From UHGV virus genome UHGV-0175871: a stretch of 33,986 bases of DNA; one strand, given 5' to 3'. The notes beneath the pieces are model-generated. The model worked only from the letters and a program-made list of their open reading frames with translations. It was not told the origin of the DNA and did no database searches. This document shows positions 8,460 to 17,646 of this stretch, one piece after another (position 1 is the stretch's first letter; each line of letters begins with the position of its first letter). Position numbers and translations under genes: made by a program. Source of the stretch: a virus.

Positions 8460-9055
8460 CCCTTTCAGGCATCGCTTCTGTCCTGCTGAAAGCCGGGCCG
8501 GGGCTGATTCGTTCCGTCGGGCGCTGGTTTGGTGGCAGCACATCTGCCGCCGCTGACTCGGTGGCCGGTATGGTGGAAAGCGTCCGGGAAAGCCTGCCGG
8601 TGGCTGAACAGCAACGCATTCTGGAACAAAAACTGGTGATGCTGTCACCGGAGCAACTGATGCAGCTGGAAACCCTGAAAATTCAGCTGCAACAGCTGGA
8701 GGTGGAACGGCAGAAGCTGGTGCTGGCTGACCAGCAGGCCGCACACCACGAACAGCAGGAAACCATCCGCAATGGTGACAACGCCACGGACAGCTATGTG
8801 CGCCAGACGCGCCCGCTGCTGGCCCGCCTTTCCTGTTACAGCAGTCTGGCCTATGTGCTGTTGCTTTCCTGCGGCCAGATTGCCGGAGCCATTGCCGGTG
8901 CCAGAGGTATCACGCTGCATATGCCGTCACCGGACTGGGATATCACGCTGATGTTACTTACCCCGGCGCTGGGCTATCTCGGCGTGCGAACTCTTGACGG
9001 CTTTGCCCGTTACAGCAAGTCAAGCAAGGACAAAATTTCTGCGGGGCTGAAATGA
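8447..9055 (+). CDS. Holin-like membrane protein (possibly GTA-type 3TM holin family)
   Basis: 202 aa with central coiled-coil (LEQKLVMLSPEQLMQLETLKIQLQQLEVERQKL) and C-terminal hydrophobic helices; follows a GH108 endolysin, as in GTA lysis modules. Confidence 0.45.
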   Translation: MDPLTLSGIASVLLKAGPGLIRSVGRWFGGSTSAAADSVAGMVESVRESLPVAEQQRILEQKLVMLSPEQLMQLETLKIQLQQLEVERQKLVLADQQAAHHEQQETIRNGDNATDSYVRQTRPLLARLSCYSSLAYVLLLSCGQIAGAIAGARGITLHMPSPDWDITLMLLTPALGYLGVRTLDGFARYSKSSKDKISAGLK

Positions 9056-9279
9056 CCGACGAAATCGACCGCATCAGTGAAGTGGTTCTGAACGAACGTC
9101 AGAGCGTCGTTAAAGCCTGGCAGACGCGGACAAAAGAAGCGCCCCACAGCCGGGGCTTCTGCAATGACTGCGGGAACGTTATTCCGGCACAGCGCCTTGC
9201 GGCGCTGCCGGATGTGGTGACCTGTATTGACTGTCAGCAGATACGGGAACACAGGAGGAAATCGTGTCCTGGGAAATGA
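9052..9279 (+). CDS. TraR/DksA-family C4 zinc-finger protein
   Basis: 75 aa with CNDCGNVIPAQRLAALPDVVTCIDCQ (CxxC-17-CxxC) typical of phage TraR-like proteins. Confidence 0.7.
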   Translation: MTDEIDRISEVVLNERQSVVKAWQTRTKEAPHSRGFCNDCGNVIPAQRLAALPDVVTCIDCQQIREHRRKSCPGK

Positions 9280-9569
9280 TCAGAGCCAACTGGCCCATTC
9301 TGTGGGCATTGCTGATGACAGGAATAAACCTGCTTCAGCTGATTCTGGCGAAAACCTACGTCAAACGCGAAGAGTTTGATTCACTCCGTTCCCGCATGTC
9401 GGTGATGGAAAGCCAGGTACACCATTTACCCGACCGTGATGAGTTCCACCGCCTGCAACTGGATATCAGCAACCTGCGGGGAGAAATCAAAGAGCTGGGG
9501 CCATCCATCCGCCAGGTATCCCGCATCAGCGATTTGTTATTAGAGAACGAGTTAAAGGAAAAAAAATAA
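9264..9569 (+). CDS. Small membrane-anchored coiled-coil protein (DUF2730-like)
   Basis: GTG start with AGGAGG RBS; N-terminal TM helix WPILWALLMTGINLLQLIL followed by coiled coil. Confidence 0.5.
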   Translation: MSWEMIRANWPILWALLMTGINLLQLILAKTYVKREEFDSLRSRMSVMESQVHHLPDRDEFHRLQLDISNLRGEIKELGPSIRQVSRISDLLLENELKEKK

Positions 9570-9862
9570 TGGCGATGAAAGAGATCCTCACTGAAGACCG
9601 TCGTCTTGTGTTGCTGCGTTCCCTGCTGGACTGTGGCGACAGCGCGAATGAATCCGTGTTGCAGACCTGCCTTCAGGCCTACGGTCATAAGGTATCCCGT
9701 GATGTGGTGCGCACCCAGCTTGCATGGCTGCGCGAGCAGGGGCTGGTTCGTCTGTCTGATGTGGGCGGCTGTTACGTGGCTGAAATCACCGGCAGCGGTG
9801 AGGATGTGGCAAACGGCCTGTCCAGCGTTCCGGGCGTTAAAAAACCCCGTGCGAGGGACTGA
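9569..9862 (+). CDS. Hypothetical protein, possible winged-helix
   Basis: 97-aa ORF tightly packed with neighbours; no family recognised. Confidence 0.45.
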   Translation: MAMKEILTEDRRLVLLRSLLDCGDSANESVLQTCLQAYGHKVSRDVVRTQLAWLREQGLVRLSDVGGCYVAEITGSGEDVANGLSSVPGVKKPRARD

Positions 9863-9864
9863 GC

Positions 9865-10164
9865 ATGGCCCGAAAACTGAAGCCGTTAAGTCGCGGAGAA
9901 CGGGCCGTCGTGCGGCAGCTGGCGTACTGTCTTGTGCTCGCGGATATTGAGCAAAACGCCATTGTCCGTGCATACGAACAACAGACCGGAAAGCCCTGGA
10001 ACCCGGATGCACCGGATACCCCCATGAAACGTGCCCTGCGTTCATCACCGGCATGTGCGCGGCTGTGGAAGCTGCTGGGTAAGGATATCCGCTCCGTTCG
10101 CGAAGAAATATACGCCGGTCTGAAAACACCGGGAACTGAAGACGGGGGCCGTCGTGAACCGTAA
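9865..10164 (+). CDS. Hypothetical protein
   Basis: 99-aa ORF starting 3 bp after the previous stop. Confidence 0.4.
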   Translation: MARKLKPLSRGERAVVRQLAYCLVLADIEQNAIVRAYEQQTGKPWNPDAPDTPMKRALRSSPACARLWKLLGKDIRSVREEIYAGLKTPGTEDGGRREP

Positions 10165-10301
10165 AAAGAATCCGATAAGTAAAGCGTCCCGTGATGAACT
10201 CCGCCGTCTGGCGCACAACCTGACATGGCGGGAAATCCAGAGTGGCGCACTGAAATCTGCATACGAAAGTTTACAGCGTAGTGAGCAACAGGAGGGCACA
10301 C

Positions 10302-10883
10302 ATGGAAAATGAACAACGCCCCACCCGTGGCCGTCTTTCCAAAGTGGATTTACTCCCGGACAGCATCCGGGAGCAGTTGCATCAGATGCTGCGGGAAAAG
10401 CGGCACACGCAGGAGGAAATCCGCGAAGCCATCAACGCCCTGATTGACGAACACAACCTGCCGGAAGAGATGCAGTTAAGCCGGACGGGCTTAAACCGCT
10501 ATGCCATCCGCATGGAAAAAGTCGGGGCAAAAATCCGTGCCTCCCGCGAAATGGCCGAAGTCTGGGCGGCAAAGCTGGGTTCCGCGCCGACGTCAGACGT
10601 CGGCAAACTGCTGATGGAGTTTGTAAAAACGCTGGCTTTTGAAACGTCCATGTCGATGGCAGAAGACGACAAGCCTGTTGCACCGAAGGCGCTGGGGCAA
10701 CTGGCGCTGGTTGCCCAGCGTCTGGAAGCGGCAGCCATGACCAGCCATAAACGCGAGAAAGCGATCCGTGATGCGTTTGCGCAGGAGATGGCAGAGAAAA
10801 CCGAAGAACTGGTCAGAACGGGCGGTCTGTCAGGTGGTGCGGCTGACACCATCAAACGAGACATTCTGGGGATTAGCGTATGA
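10302..10883 (+). CDS. Terminase small subunit-like DNA-binding protein (DUF3486-like)
   Basis: 193 aa from ATG 10302 with GGAGGG RBS; N-terminus RGRLSKVDLLPDSIREQLHQMLRE; directly precedes and overlaps the large terminase gene. Confidence 0.65.
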   Translation: MENEQRPTRGRLSKVDLLPDSIREQLHQMLREKRHTQEEIREAINALIDEHNLPEEMQLSRTGLNRYAIRMEKVGAKIRASREMAEVWAAKLGSAPTSDVGKLLMEFVKTLAFETSMSMAEDDKPVAPKALGQLALVAQRLEAAAMTSHKREKAIRDAFAQEMAEKTEELVRTGGLSGGAADTIKRDILGISV

Positions 10884-12415
10884 CACAAATGGATACGTTC
10901 AGTGAATATGATGTTCTGCTGCCGTATCAGAAACGCTGGGTGGCGGATGATGCCGACCTGAAAATTGCCGAGAAATCCCGCCGTACCGGTTTAACCTGGG
11001 CGGAAGCGGCGGATGCAGCACTGACGGCATCACTGAAGAAGGAAGACGGCGGGCGCGATCACTTTTATATCGGTTCGAATAAGGAGATGGCCCGCGAATT
11101 TATCGACGCCGTGGCGATGTGGGCGAAGGCGTTTAATGCGGCAGCGGAAGAAATCTGCGAGGAAGTGATCACCGACGAAGACAAGGACATTCTGACGTTC
11201 GTCGTGTACTTCGCCAGCGGTTTTAAGGTCAAGGCACTGTCCAGCAACCCGAGCAACATTCGCGGGATGCAGGGGAATGTCACCATCGACGAGGCCGCGT
11301 TCCATGAAAAACTGGACGAGCTGCTGAAGGCGGTGCTGCCGCTGAAAACATGGGGCGGCAAAATTCGCCTTATTTCCACCCATGACGGCGTGGACAACCT
11401 GTTTAACCAGCTGATTCAGGAAAGCCGCGCGGGCAAAAAAGATTACAGCATTCACACCATCACGCTGGATGACGCCTGCAATGACGGGCTGTACCGGCGT
11501 ATCTGTCAGGTGCGCGGCATGGTGTGGTCACCGGAAGCCGAAGCGGAATGGAAAGAAGGTCTGCTGCGAAATACCGCCACCCGCGAAGACGCACTGGAAG
11601 AATATTACTGCGTCCCGAAAAACGGCGGCGGCACGTATATCCCCCGCTCACTGCGTGAACGTGCGGCCCGTGGCACCGGGAAAGTGTTGCGCTTTACCGG
11701 CACACCGGAATTTAACGCACTGACGGAAAGCCAGCGCCGGGCAGATATCCGGGAATGGCTGGAAACAGTGGTGCGCCCTGAACTGGAAAAACTCCCGAAG
11801 AACCTGCGCCACTGTCTGGGGGAAGACTTTGCGCGTTCGGGTGACCTGACCGTACTGGCCCCGGTGACGGTGAACGATGACACCACCCGCGAGGTGCCGT
11901 TCCTGGTTGAGCTTGGCAATGTGCCGTTTAAACAGCAGGAGCAGGTGCTGTTCTGGCTTTGCGATCGTCTGCCCCGTCGTGACGGCATCAAAATGGATGC
12001 GCGGGGGAATGGTCAGTATCTGGCAGAACAGGCGGCGGAGCGGTACGGCGACGAAGTGGAACAGGTGATGCTGTCCGTGGCGTTCTACCGCGAAAACATG
12101 CCCCGTTTCCGTGCGGCGTTTGAAGATGATGAGCTGATCCTTCCGAAGCATGAAGACGTGATCAATGACCTCGGGGCCATTCAGTTACTGCGTGGCGTTC
12201 CCGGCATTGATGATTCACGAACCAGAGGCAGCGACGGTCACAAACGTCACGGCGACGCCGCTGTGGCCATTTTCCTGGGCTTCCTTGCCAGTAAAGATGA
12301 CTGCCACCGTTACGAACTGCACCGCCTGAACCGCCCGGCGAAACCGGAAGAACGCAACGCGCGCCGCCAGATGAAGCTGACGCGCGGCCTGAAAAATGAG
12401 GGAGGTTTACTGTGA
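10880..12415 (+). CDS. Terminase large subunit
   Basis: 511 aa; Mu gp28-like; position upstream of portal; acidic nuclease-like motifs. Confidence 0.8.
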   Translation: MTQMDTFSEYDVLLPYQKRWVADDADLKIAEKSRRTGLTWAEAADAALTASLKKEDGGRDHFYIGSNKEMAREFIDAVAMWAKAFNAAAEEICEEVITDEDKDILTFVVYFASGFKVKALSSNPSNIRGMQGNVTIDEAAFHEKLDELLKAVLPLKTWGGKIRLISTHDGVDNLFNQLIQESRAGKKDYSIHTITLDDACNDGLYRRICQVRGMVWSPEAEAEWKEGLLRNTATREDALEEYYCVPKNGGGTYIPRSLRERAARGTGKVLRFTGTPEFNALTESQRRADIREWLETVVRPELEKLPKNLRHCLGEDFARSGDLTVLAPVTVNDDTTREVPFLVELGNVPFKQQEQVLFWLCDRLPRRDGIKMDARGNGQYLAEQAAERYGDEVEQVMLSVAFYRENMPRFRAAFEDDELILPKHEDVINDLGAIQLLRGVPGIDDSRTRGSDGHKRHGDAAVAIFLGFLASKDDCHRYELHRLNRPAKPEERNARRQMKLTRGLKNEGGLL

Positions 12416-13983
12416 ACCTGAAACAACTGGCCGGGGCCGTTCGCCGTCTGCTGAACCCGGCAACCGGTGAGGAAGACACGCTGAAAAAAGAGGCGCTCAA
12501 CGAAGCACAGGCCCGTCCGCGTCATGCCGGTGTGCGTTCGGCCTCGCCGGGTATCAGCGTCGCCTCCGGGCTGAACCCCGGCAGGCTGGCAGGCATTCTG
12601 CGCAATGCCGCCGACGGCATCACGCGTGATTTTTTTATCCTTGCTGAAGAGATGGAAGAGCGCGATTTGCATTACGCCTCGGTGCTGCGCACCCGCAAGC
12701 TGACGGTGGCGGGTATCGAACCGGTGGTGGTGGCCGCCAGTGATGACGATGCTGACGTGCAACTGGCGGACGCCATCCGTGCGCTGATGGAAGCCCCGCA
12801 AATCCCTGAGCTGATGTTTGATTTGCTCGACGGGCTGGGAAAAGGCGTGGCGGTCTGTGAAATCCTGTGGGACACCCGCAACAACCACTGGATGCCCCGT
12901 GATTATGAGTGGGTTGATCCCCGTTTTCTGAAAGCCGAAAAACCCACGCTGCGCCAGTTCCGCCTGCTGACTGACGATGAACCGGTGGATGGCGTATCGC
13001 TGACACCGGGAAAATTCATTGTTCACCAGCCGCGTCTGAAATCCGGTCTGCCGCTGCGTAACGGTCTGGCCCGTCTGGTAGCGGTGATGTACATGCTGAA
13101 ATCCTTTACCGTGCGTGACTGGTGGGCATTTGCGGAAAAGTTCGGCATTCCGGTCACGGTGGGGAAATACGGTCCCAACGCCACGGAGGAGCAAATCCGC
13201 GTACTGATTGATGCGATTGCGTCCATTGCCTCGGATGCCGGGTGTGCAATTCCGCAGTCCATGCAACTGGAGATGCAGGAAACCGCCAGCCGGAATAACG
13301 GCGGTGCACTGTTCTGTGAAATGGCGGAATGGTGCGATGCGCAAATCAGTAAGGCTGTGCTGGGGCAGACCATGACCACGGATAACGGCAGTTCGCGTTC
13401 ACAGGCGGACGTGCACAATCAGGTGCGTATGGACATTGTGCGCTGGGACGCGCGGCAGCTGGCTAACACGCTGAATGAATATCTGGTGCGTCCCTATATC
13501 GAGGCCAACTACGGGCCACAGGCGCAATACCCCCGTGTTGTTCTGCGTATCAGTGAAGCGGAAGATCTGAAGGCGCTGACAGATGCTCTGGTGCCACTGA
13601 TTGACCGGGGGATGCGGGTTCAGGAATCGGAGCTGCGGGACCGGTTCGGCCTGGCTGAACCGGACGACGGGGCTGATGTTCTGCATCCGGTGTCTGCCGG
13701 AATGTCAGGTGATGTGGCGATGAACCGCGAGCGCGTCGCCCTGAACCGGGAACACCCCGACGAACTGGCACAGATGGTGGATGATGCCCTGCGTGACTGG
13801 CAGAAAACCGGCGAAGCGTTCACGAACCCGGTGCTGACACTGGCGCAGGAATGCGACAGTTTTGATGACTTTCTGAAACGCCTGCCTGAGCTTCAGGAAA
13901 CGCTGAACGCGGACGACTTTGCCCTGCAACTGGCGGAGGTGTGCTTTAAGGCGCGTGCGCTGGGGGACACCGGTCATGCGTGA
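12412..13983 (+). CDS. Portal protein (Mu gp29/H-like, DUF935)
   Basis: 523 aa, start overlaps the terminase stop; conserved position between terminase and F. Confidence 0.8.
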   Translation: MNLKQLAGAVRRLLNPATGEEDTLKKEALNEAQARPRHAGVRSASPGISVASGLNPGRLAGILRNAADGITRDFFILAEEMEERDLHYASVLRTRKLTVAGIEPVVVAASDDDADVQLADAIRALMEAPQIPELMFDLLDGLGKGVAVCEILWDTRNNHWMPRDYEWVDPRFLKAEKPTLRQFRLLTDDEPVDGVSLTPGKFIVHQPRLKSGLPLRNGLARLVAVMYMLKSFTVRDWWAFAEKFGIPVTVGKYGPNATEEQIRVLIDAIASIASDAGCAIPQSMQLEMQETASRNNGGALFCEMAEWCDAQISKAVLGQTMTTDNGSSRSQADVHNQVRMDIVRWDARQLANTLNEYLVRPYIEANYGPQAQYPRVVLRISEAEDLKALTDALVPLIDRGMRVQESELRDRFGLAEPDDGADVLHPVSAGMSGDVAMNRERVALNREHPDELAQMVDDALRDWQKTGEAFTNPVLTLAQECDSFDDFLKRLPELQETLNADDFALQLAEVCFKARALGDTGHA

Positions 13984-14740
13984 AACTCTCATCCCGAAAG
14001 AGGCGCTGGCGTGGCTGAAGGCGAAGAAGCTGCGCCCCGGTTTTGATTACCGGGATGTATGGCGGGAAGAACACCGGAACAGCTTCACCGTGGCAAAAAT
14101 GCTGCAACTGGATTTGTTGTCGGATGTGAAAGTCCTTGTGGAAGACGCCCTGCAAAGCGGACAGACGTTCAGCGAGTTCCGGGAGGCGCTGCAACCGCTG
14201 CTGATAAAACGCGGATGGTGGGGTGTTCAGGAGATGGATGATCCGCTGACGGGCGAAACCCGAACCGTACAGCTGGGCAGCGACCGCCGCCTCCGCACGA
14301 TTTTTGACACCAACATGCGCACTGCCCGCGCGGCGGGCCAGTGGGAACGCATTCAGCGAACAAAGCGGGCCATGCCGTATCTGATTTACGAGCTGGGGCC
14401 ATCCCGCGAGCACCGGGCGGAGCATGTGAAATGGGCGCGTCTGTGTCTGCCGGTAGATCATCCGTTCTGGCAGACACATTTTGCCCCTAACGGCTGGGGC
14501 TGCAAATGCACCATCCGTCAGGTCAGCCGTGGTGAGTATGCGCAACTGGCGGCACAGGGCACCATTCACACCGAAGCGCCGGAAATCAGAACCGTCCGCT
14601 GGGTGAATAAACGCACGGGCGAAGAGGAAGACGTGCCGGAAGGGATTGATCCGGGCTGGAACTACAACCCCGGCATAAACCGTGAGCAGGAGCTGGCACG
14701 CCAGCTGGCAGCCAGACAGGCACGTTTTGACAGTGAATAA
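13976..14740 (+). CDS. F: Head morphogenesis protein, Mu F-like
   Basis: 254 aa from ATG 13976 (MRETLIPKEALAWLK...); contains a Mu-F/SPP1 gp7-type motif ...HFAPNGWGCKCTIRQV. Confidence 0.75.
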   Translation: MRETLIPKEALAWLKAKKLRPGFDYRDVWREEHRNSFTVAKMLQLDLLSDVKVLVEDALQSGQTFSEFREALQPLLIKRGWWGVQEMDDPLTGETRTVQLGSDRRLRTIFDTNMRTARAAGQWERIQRTKRAMPYLIYELGPSREHRAEHVKWARLCLPVDHPFWQTHFAPNGWGCKCTIRQVSRGEYAQLAAQGTIHTEAPEIRTVRWVNKRTGEEEDVPEGIDPGWNYNPGINREQELARQLAARQARFDSE

Positions 14741-14768
14741 CCCTCCCGCCGTAAATCCCCCTGAAACG

Positions 14769-14796
14769 CATCAGAAACGCGTTTTTTATTCTGATG
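14769..14796 (+). promoter_or_regulatory. Inverted repeat in the F-I non-coding region
   Basis: CATCAGAA-ACGCGTTTTTTA-TTCTGATG, 8-bp arms. Confidence 0.4.
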
Positions 14797-14818
14797 GCGT
14801 GAATGTGCATTCTGACTT

Positions 14819-14858
14819 TTTTGAAGGTGCTGTGGCGTTTTTGAAGGGGTTTTGAAGG
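14819..14858 (+). repeat. Three direct copies of TTTTGAAGG (candidate protein-binding array)
   Basis: Copies at 14819, 14839 and 14850; spacing 20 and 11 bp, roughly two and one helical turns. Confidence 0.5.
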
Positions 14859-14879
14859 GGGGGTTCTTCCCGTTTTCAG

Positions 14880-14905
14880 TGAAGCCGGTAAATCCGGCTT
14901 TTTTT
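14880..14905 (+). terminator. Rho-independent terminator, exact 26-nt copy of the one at 7159
   Basis: TGAAGCCGGTAAATCCGGCTTTTTTT identical to 7159-7184; lies between F and I. Confidence 0.7.
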
Positions 14906-14954
14906 CTGCCTTCCGCATACTGACCGTCGGTAACCCCAGACGACGGAGACTGAC

Positions 14955-15917
14955 ATGAAACCGGAACTGCTGGCGCTGTGTTTTTCCCTGCCAGAACCCA
15001 TCCCTGAGCTGACACCTGCTCAACTGCCGGAATGGCTTGAACTCGTTCCTGCGGGTGAGTTCACCGGGCGCGATGGCCGGACGTGGATTAACCGCAATCC
15101 GCATGAGGTGGTTGCCCGTTCGTCCGACATCAAAATTCCGGTGGACATTGAACACGCCACCGAAATTAAAGGGCAACGCGGTGATGAAGCCCCGGCGTAT
15201 GGCTGGGTGGAAGAACTGCGGGTGACAGACAGCGGCACCATTGAAGGCCGTGTTGTCTGGAGCGAATACGCCCGGTGGATGCTGAGCGAGCGCCGCTACC
15301 GCTATTACAGCCCGGCGTTTTTCCATGACGCGGAGGGTGTGGTGACGCGCCTGTCCAGCGTCGGGCTGACCAACAAACCTAATCTGGACTTTCCTGCACT
15401 GAATACGGAGAAAAACCCGATGACAGTACCTGTGCAAATCACCGGCCTGCTTGGGCTGGCTGAATCTGCCACGGTGGACGATACCGTGGCCGCCATTAAA
15501 CAACTTCAGGAGAACGAACAGGTGGCGCTGAACCGCGCACAGACACCTGACCTGACGAAGTTTGTACCGGTGGAAACCCACAATCTGGCACTGAACCGTG
15601 CCGAAACCGCAGAACAACGCCTTCAGCAACTGGAAGAGAAGGAAGCAGAAGCGCTTGTGGATGCGGCCATCGAAGCCGGAAAAGTGGCCCCGGCAAACCG
15701 TGACATGTTCCTTGCCACCTGCCGCACGGAAGAAGGCCGCAAACAGTTTGCGGAGTACACCAAAGGTGCACAGCCGCTGGTGAACAACGACAAGCCCAGC
15801 CAGGGCAAGGATAAACCCGCGCAGACACTGACCGACGCCGAACTGGCGATGTGCCGCAGCATGGGTATTACCGGGGAAGAGTTCCTCGCCGCTAAACCTA
15901 AACAGGAGAATAACTGA
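14955..15917 (+). CDS. I: Head maturation protease/scaffold, Mu I-like
   Basis: 320 aa; immediately upstream of the major capsid gene; coiled-coil scaffold-like C-terminal half. Confidence 0.7.
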   Translation: MKPELLALCFSLPEPIPELTPAQLPEWLELVPAGEFTGRDGRTWINRNPHEVVARSSDIKIPVDIEHATEIKGQRGDEAPAYGWVEELRVTDSGTIEGRVVWSEYARWMLSERRYRYYSPAFFHDAEGVVTRLSSVGLTNKPNLDFPALNTEKNPMTVPVQITGLLGLAESATVDDTVAAIKQLQENEQVALNRAQTPDLTKFVPVETHNLALNRAETAEQRLQQLEEKEAEALVDAAIEAGKVAPANRDMFLATCRTEEGRKQFAEYTKGAQPLVNNDKPSQGKDKPAQTLTDAELAMCRSMGITGEEFLAAKPKQENN

Positions 15918-16819
15918 TGGGAGCAGTCACTTCCGAAGTCCTTCACGCGCTGACCACCTGTCTGAGCGCCGCTTATACCCGTGGTCTGAGTGGTGTCACC
16001 CCACAGTGGCAGCGCATCGCCTCTGAAATCCCGAGTTCGTCCGCCTCCAATACCTACGGCTGGATGAAAGATTTACCGGAGATTAAGGAATGGGTCAGCG
16101 CCCGTCAGATGGCAACGCTGGACGGTTATGGTTACACCCTTGCGAACAAAACCTGGGAAAGTTCGATCCGCGTTAAACGCGAACACATTGAAGACGATCA
16201 GATTGGTCAGTACAGCATTATCGCTGAACGCTATGGCCGCCAGACGTCGGAGTTCCCGGACAAGCTGTGTTACCCCCTGCTGTGTGCCGGGTTTAACACC
16301 CTGTGTTTTGACGGTCAGAACTTCTTTGATGAAGACCACCCGCTGGGCGACGGCACCTGCAGCAACGTTGTCGGCACCCCGGCATCAGACCAGGGGGAAC
16401 CGTGGTTTCTGATTGATGATTCTCAGGTACTGAAACCCATCATCTGGCAGACGCGACGCGCCTTTAAGTTTGAAGCCCTGGATGATCTGAACAGCGAGCA
16501 TACCTTCAAGAATAACGAGTTCCTTTACGGGGTGGACGGTCGCTGCAATGCGGGCTTCGGCTTCTGGCAGACCGCCGTCGGTTCCCGTGCGGCACTGACA
16601 GCGGAGAACTACGAGAAGGCCAGCAATCTGCTGCTGGGTATGAAGACCACCAACGGTGAACCGCTGGGCATCCGCCCGACCACCCTTGTGGTGGGGCAGA
16701 AAAACCGTGCAGCCGCGAAGCGCATCATTGACGCCATGCTGGTTAACGGCGGCGATTCCAACATCTGGTACAAGGATGTGGACATCGTGGTCAGTCCGTT
16801 CATCACCACCCCGGCATAA
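15917..16819 (+). CDS. T: Major capsid protein, Mu T-like
   Basis: 300 aa; position after protease/scaffold; followed by a strong hairpin. Confidence 0.8.
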   Translation: MGAVTSEVLHALTTCLSAAYTRGLSGVTPQWQRIASEIPSSSASNTYGWMKDLPEIKEWVSARQMATLDGYGYTLANKTWESSIRVKREHIEDDQIGQYSIIAERYGRQTSEFPDKLCYPLLCAGFNTLCFDGQNFFDEDHPLGDGTCSNVVGTPASDQGEPWFLIDDSQVLKPIIWQTRRAFKFEALDDLNSEHTFKNNEFLYGVDGRCNAGFGFWQTAVGSRAALTAENYEKASNLLLGMKTTNGEPLGIRPTTLVVGQKNRAAAKRIIDAMLVNGGDSNIWYKDVDIVVSPFITTPA

Positions 16820-16843
16820 CCCGTCATCCGTAATCTGTAACCC

Positions 16844-16893
16844 GCAGTTAAAAGGCGCTGTGAATGCCCTTTTAACTGCCTTTTAAAAGGCAG
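16844..16893 (+). terminator. Stem-loop cluster after the major capsid gene (attenuator or mRNA-stabilising hairpin)
   Basis: GCAGTTAAAAGG-12 nt-CCTTTTAACTGC overlapping the perfect palindrome CTGCCTTTTAAAAGGCAG; T-rich. Confidence 0.45.
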
Positions 16894-16897
16894 AGTC

Positions 16898-17209
16898 ATG
16901 AGTGAAAAAGCAGGAACCAAAGGCGCGAAAGCCGCAAAGAACAGCGCAGCACAGGAAAACCCGGCACCGCTGGCAGACGTTATTGTGGCTGACGGTCAGG
17001 CGAATGAACCACGTCCGGCTGAAGACCCGGTTACTGTACAGGGTGACGCCCCTGTCCGGCTGAACGTCCGGGCCGTGTCTGAAAACGGATTCTGGCGCTG
17101 TGGCCGTTTCTGGTCACATGCCGGTGAGGATGTGGCGGTGACCGCTGCGGTTGCCACCCGCCTGATGGCAGAGCCGAATCTGATTGTCCGGGAAGCGGAG
17201 AAAGGCTGA
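16898..17209 (+). CDS. Mu gp35-like protein
   Basis: 103 aa; position after major capsid gene; motif FWRCGRFW. Confidence 0.55.
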   Translation: MSEKAGTKGAKAAKNSAAQENPAPLADVIVADGQANEPRPAEDPVTVQGDAPVRLNVRAVSENGFWRCGRFWSHAGEDVAVTAAVATRLMAEPNLIVREAEKG

Positions 17210-17646
17210 TGGGGTATATCACGCAGGAAGACCTGTTACGCGCGGACGGCAATCTTGTCTGGAACATGGCGATTAACCGGGAAACCAACGAACTGGATGA
17301 AGACAAAATCCGTCAGGCCATCAGTGATGCCGAAGCGGAAATTGATTCGTTTCTGTCCCGCCGCTACCAGCTGCCGCTGGGGGTGACGGAAATCCCGCGC
17401 CCGCTGCAACGCGTGGCGGTATCGCTGGCGTTTTACTGGTTGTCAGAGCGTGACAATCAAATCACGGAGCTGATCCAGAAACGCTACGATGACGCCATTA
17501 AAACCCTGCGTGAGATGGCGAACGGCACCCGTGACCTGGGTCTGCCGACGTATGCCACCCCGGCAGAAACCGACCACGGGAAGATCATTGTAGTGGGTGC
17601 CAATGCCCGGCTGTTCACCCGTAACAACCTGAAAGGGGTGCTGTGA
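17209..17646 (+). CDS. Mu gp36-like protein (DUF1320, putative head-tail connector)
   Basis: 145 aa; start overlaps the previous stop. Confidence 0.55.
   Translation: MGYITQEDLLRADGNLVWNMAINRETNELDEDKIRQAISDAEAEIDSFLSRRYQLPLGVTEIPRPLQRVAVSLAFYWLSERDNQITELIQKRYDDAIKTLREMANGTRDLGLPTYATPAETDHGKIIVVGANARLFTRNNLKGVL

Noticed and set aside
9356-10216. 286-aa minus-strand ORF
   Set aside because: Antisense to two tightly packed + strand genes; Arg/Ser-rich low-complexity product with no RBS context, typical of a spurious ORF in GC-rich coding DNA.
12310-13344. 344-aa minus-strand ORF
   Set aside because: Lies entirely antisense to the portal gene; low-complexity Arg/Gly/His-rich translation.
14586-15629. 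347-aa minus-strand ORF
   Set aside because: Antisense to the F 3' end and the I gene and runs through the terminator and control region; low-complexity product.
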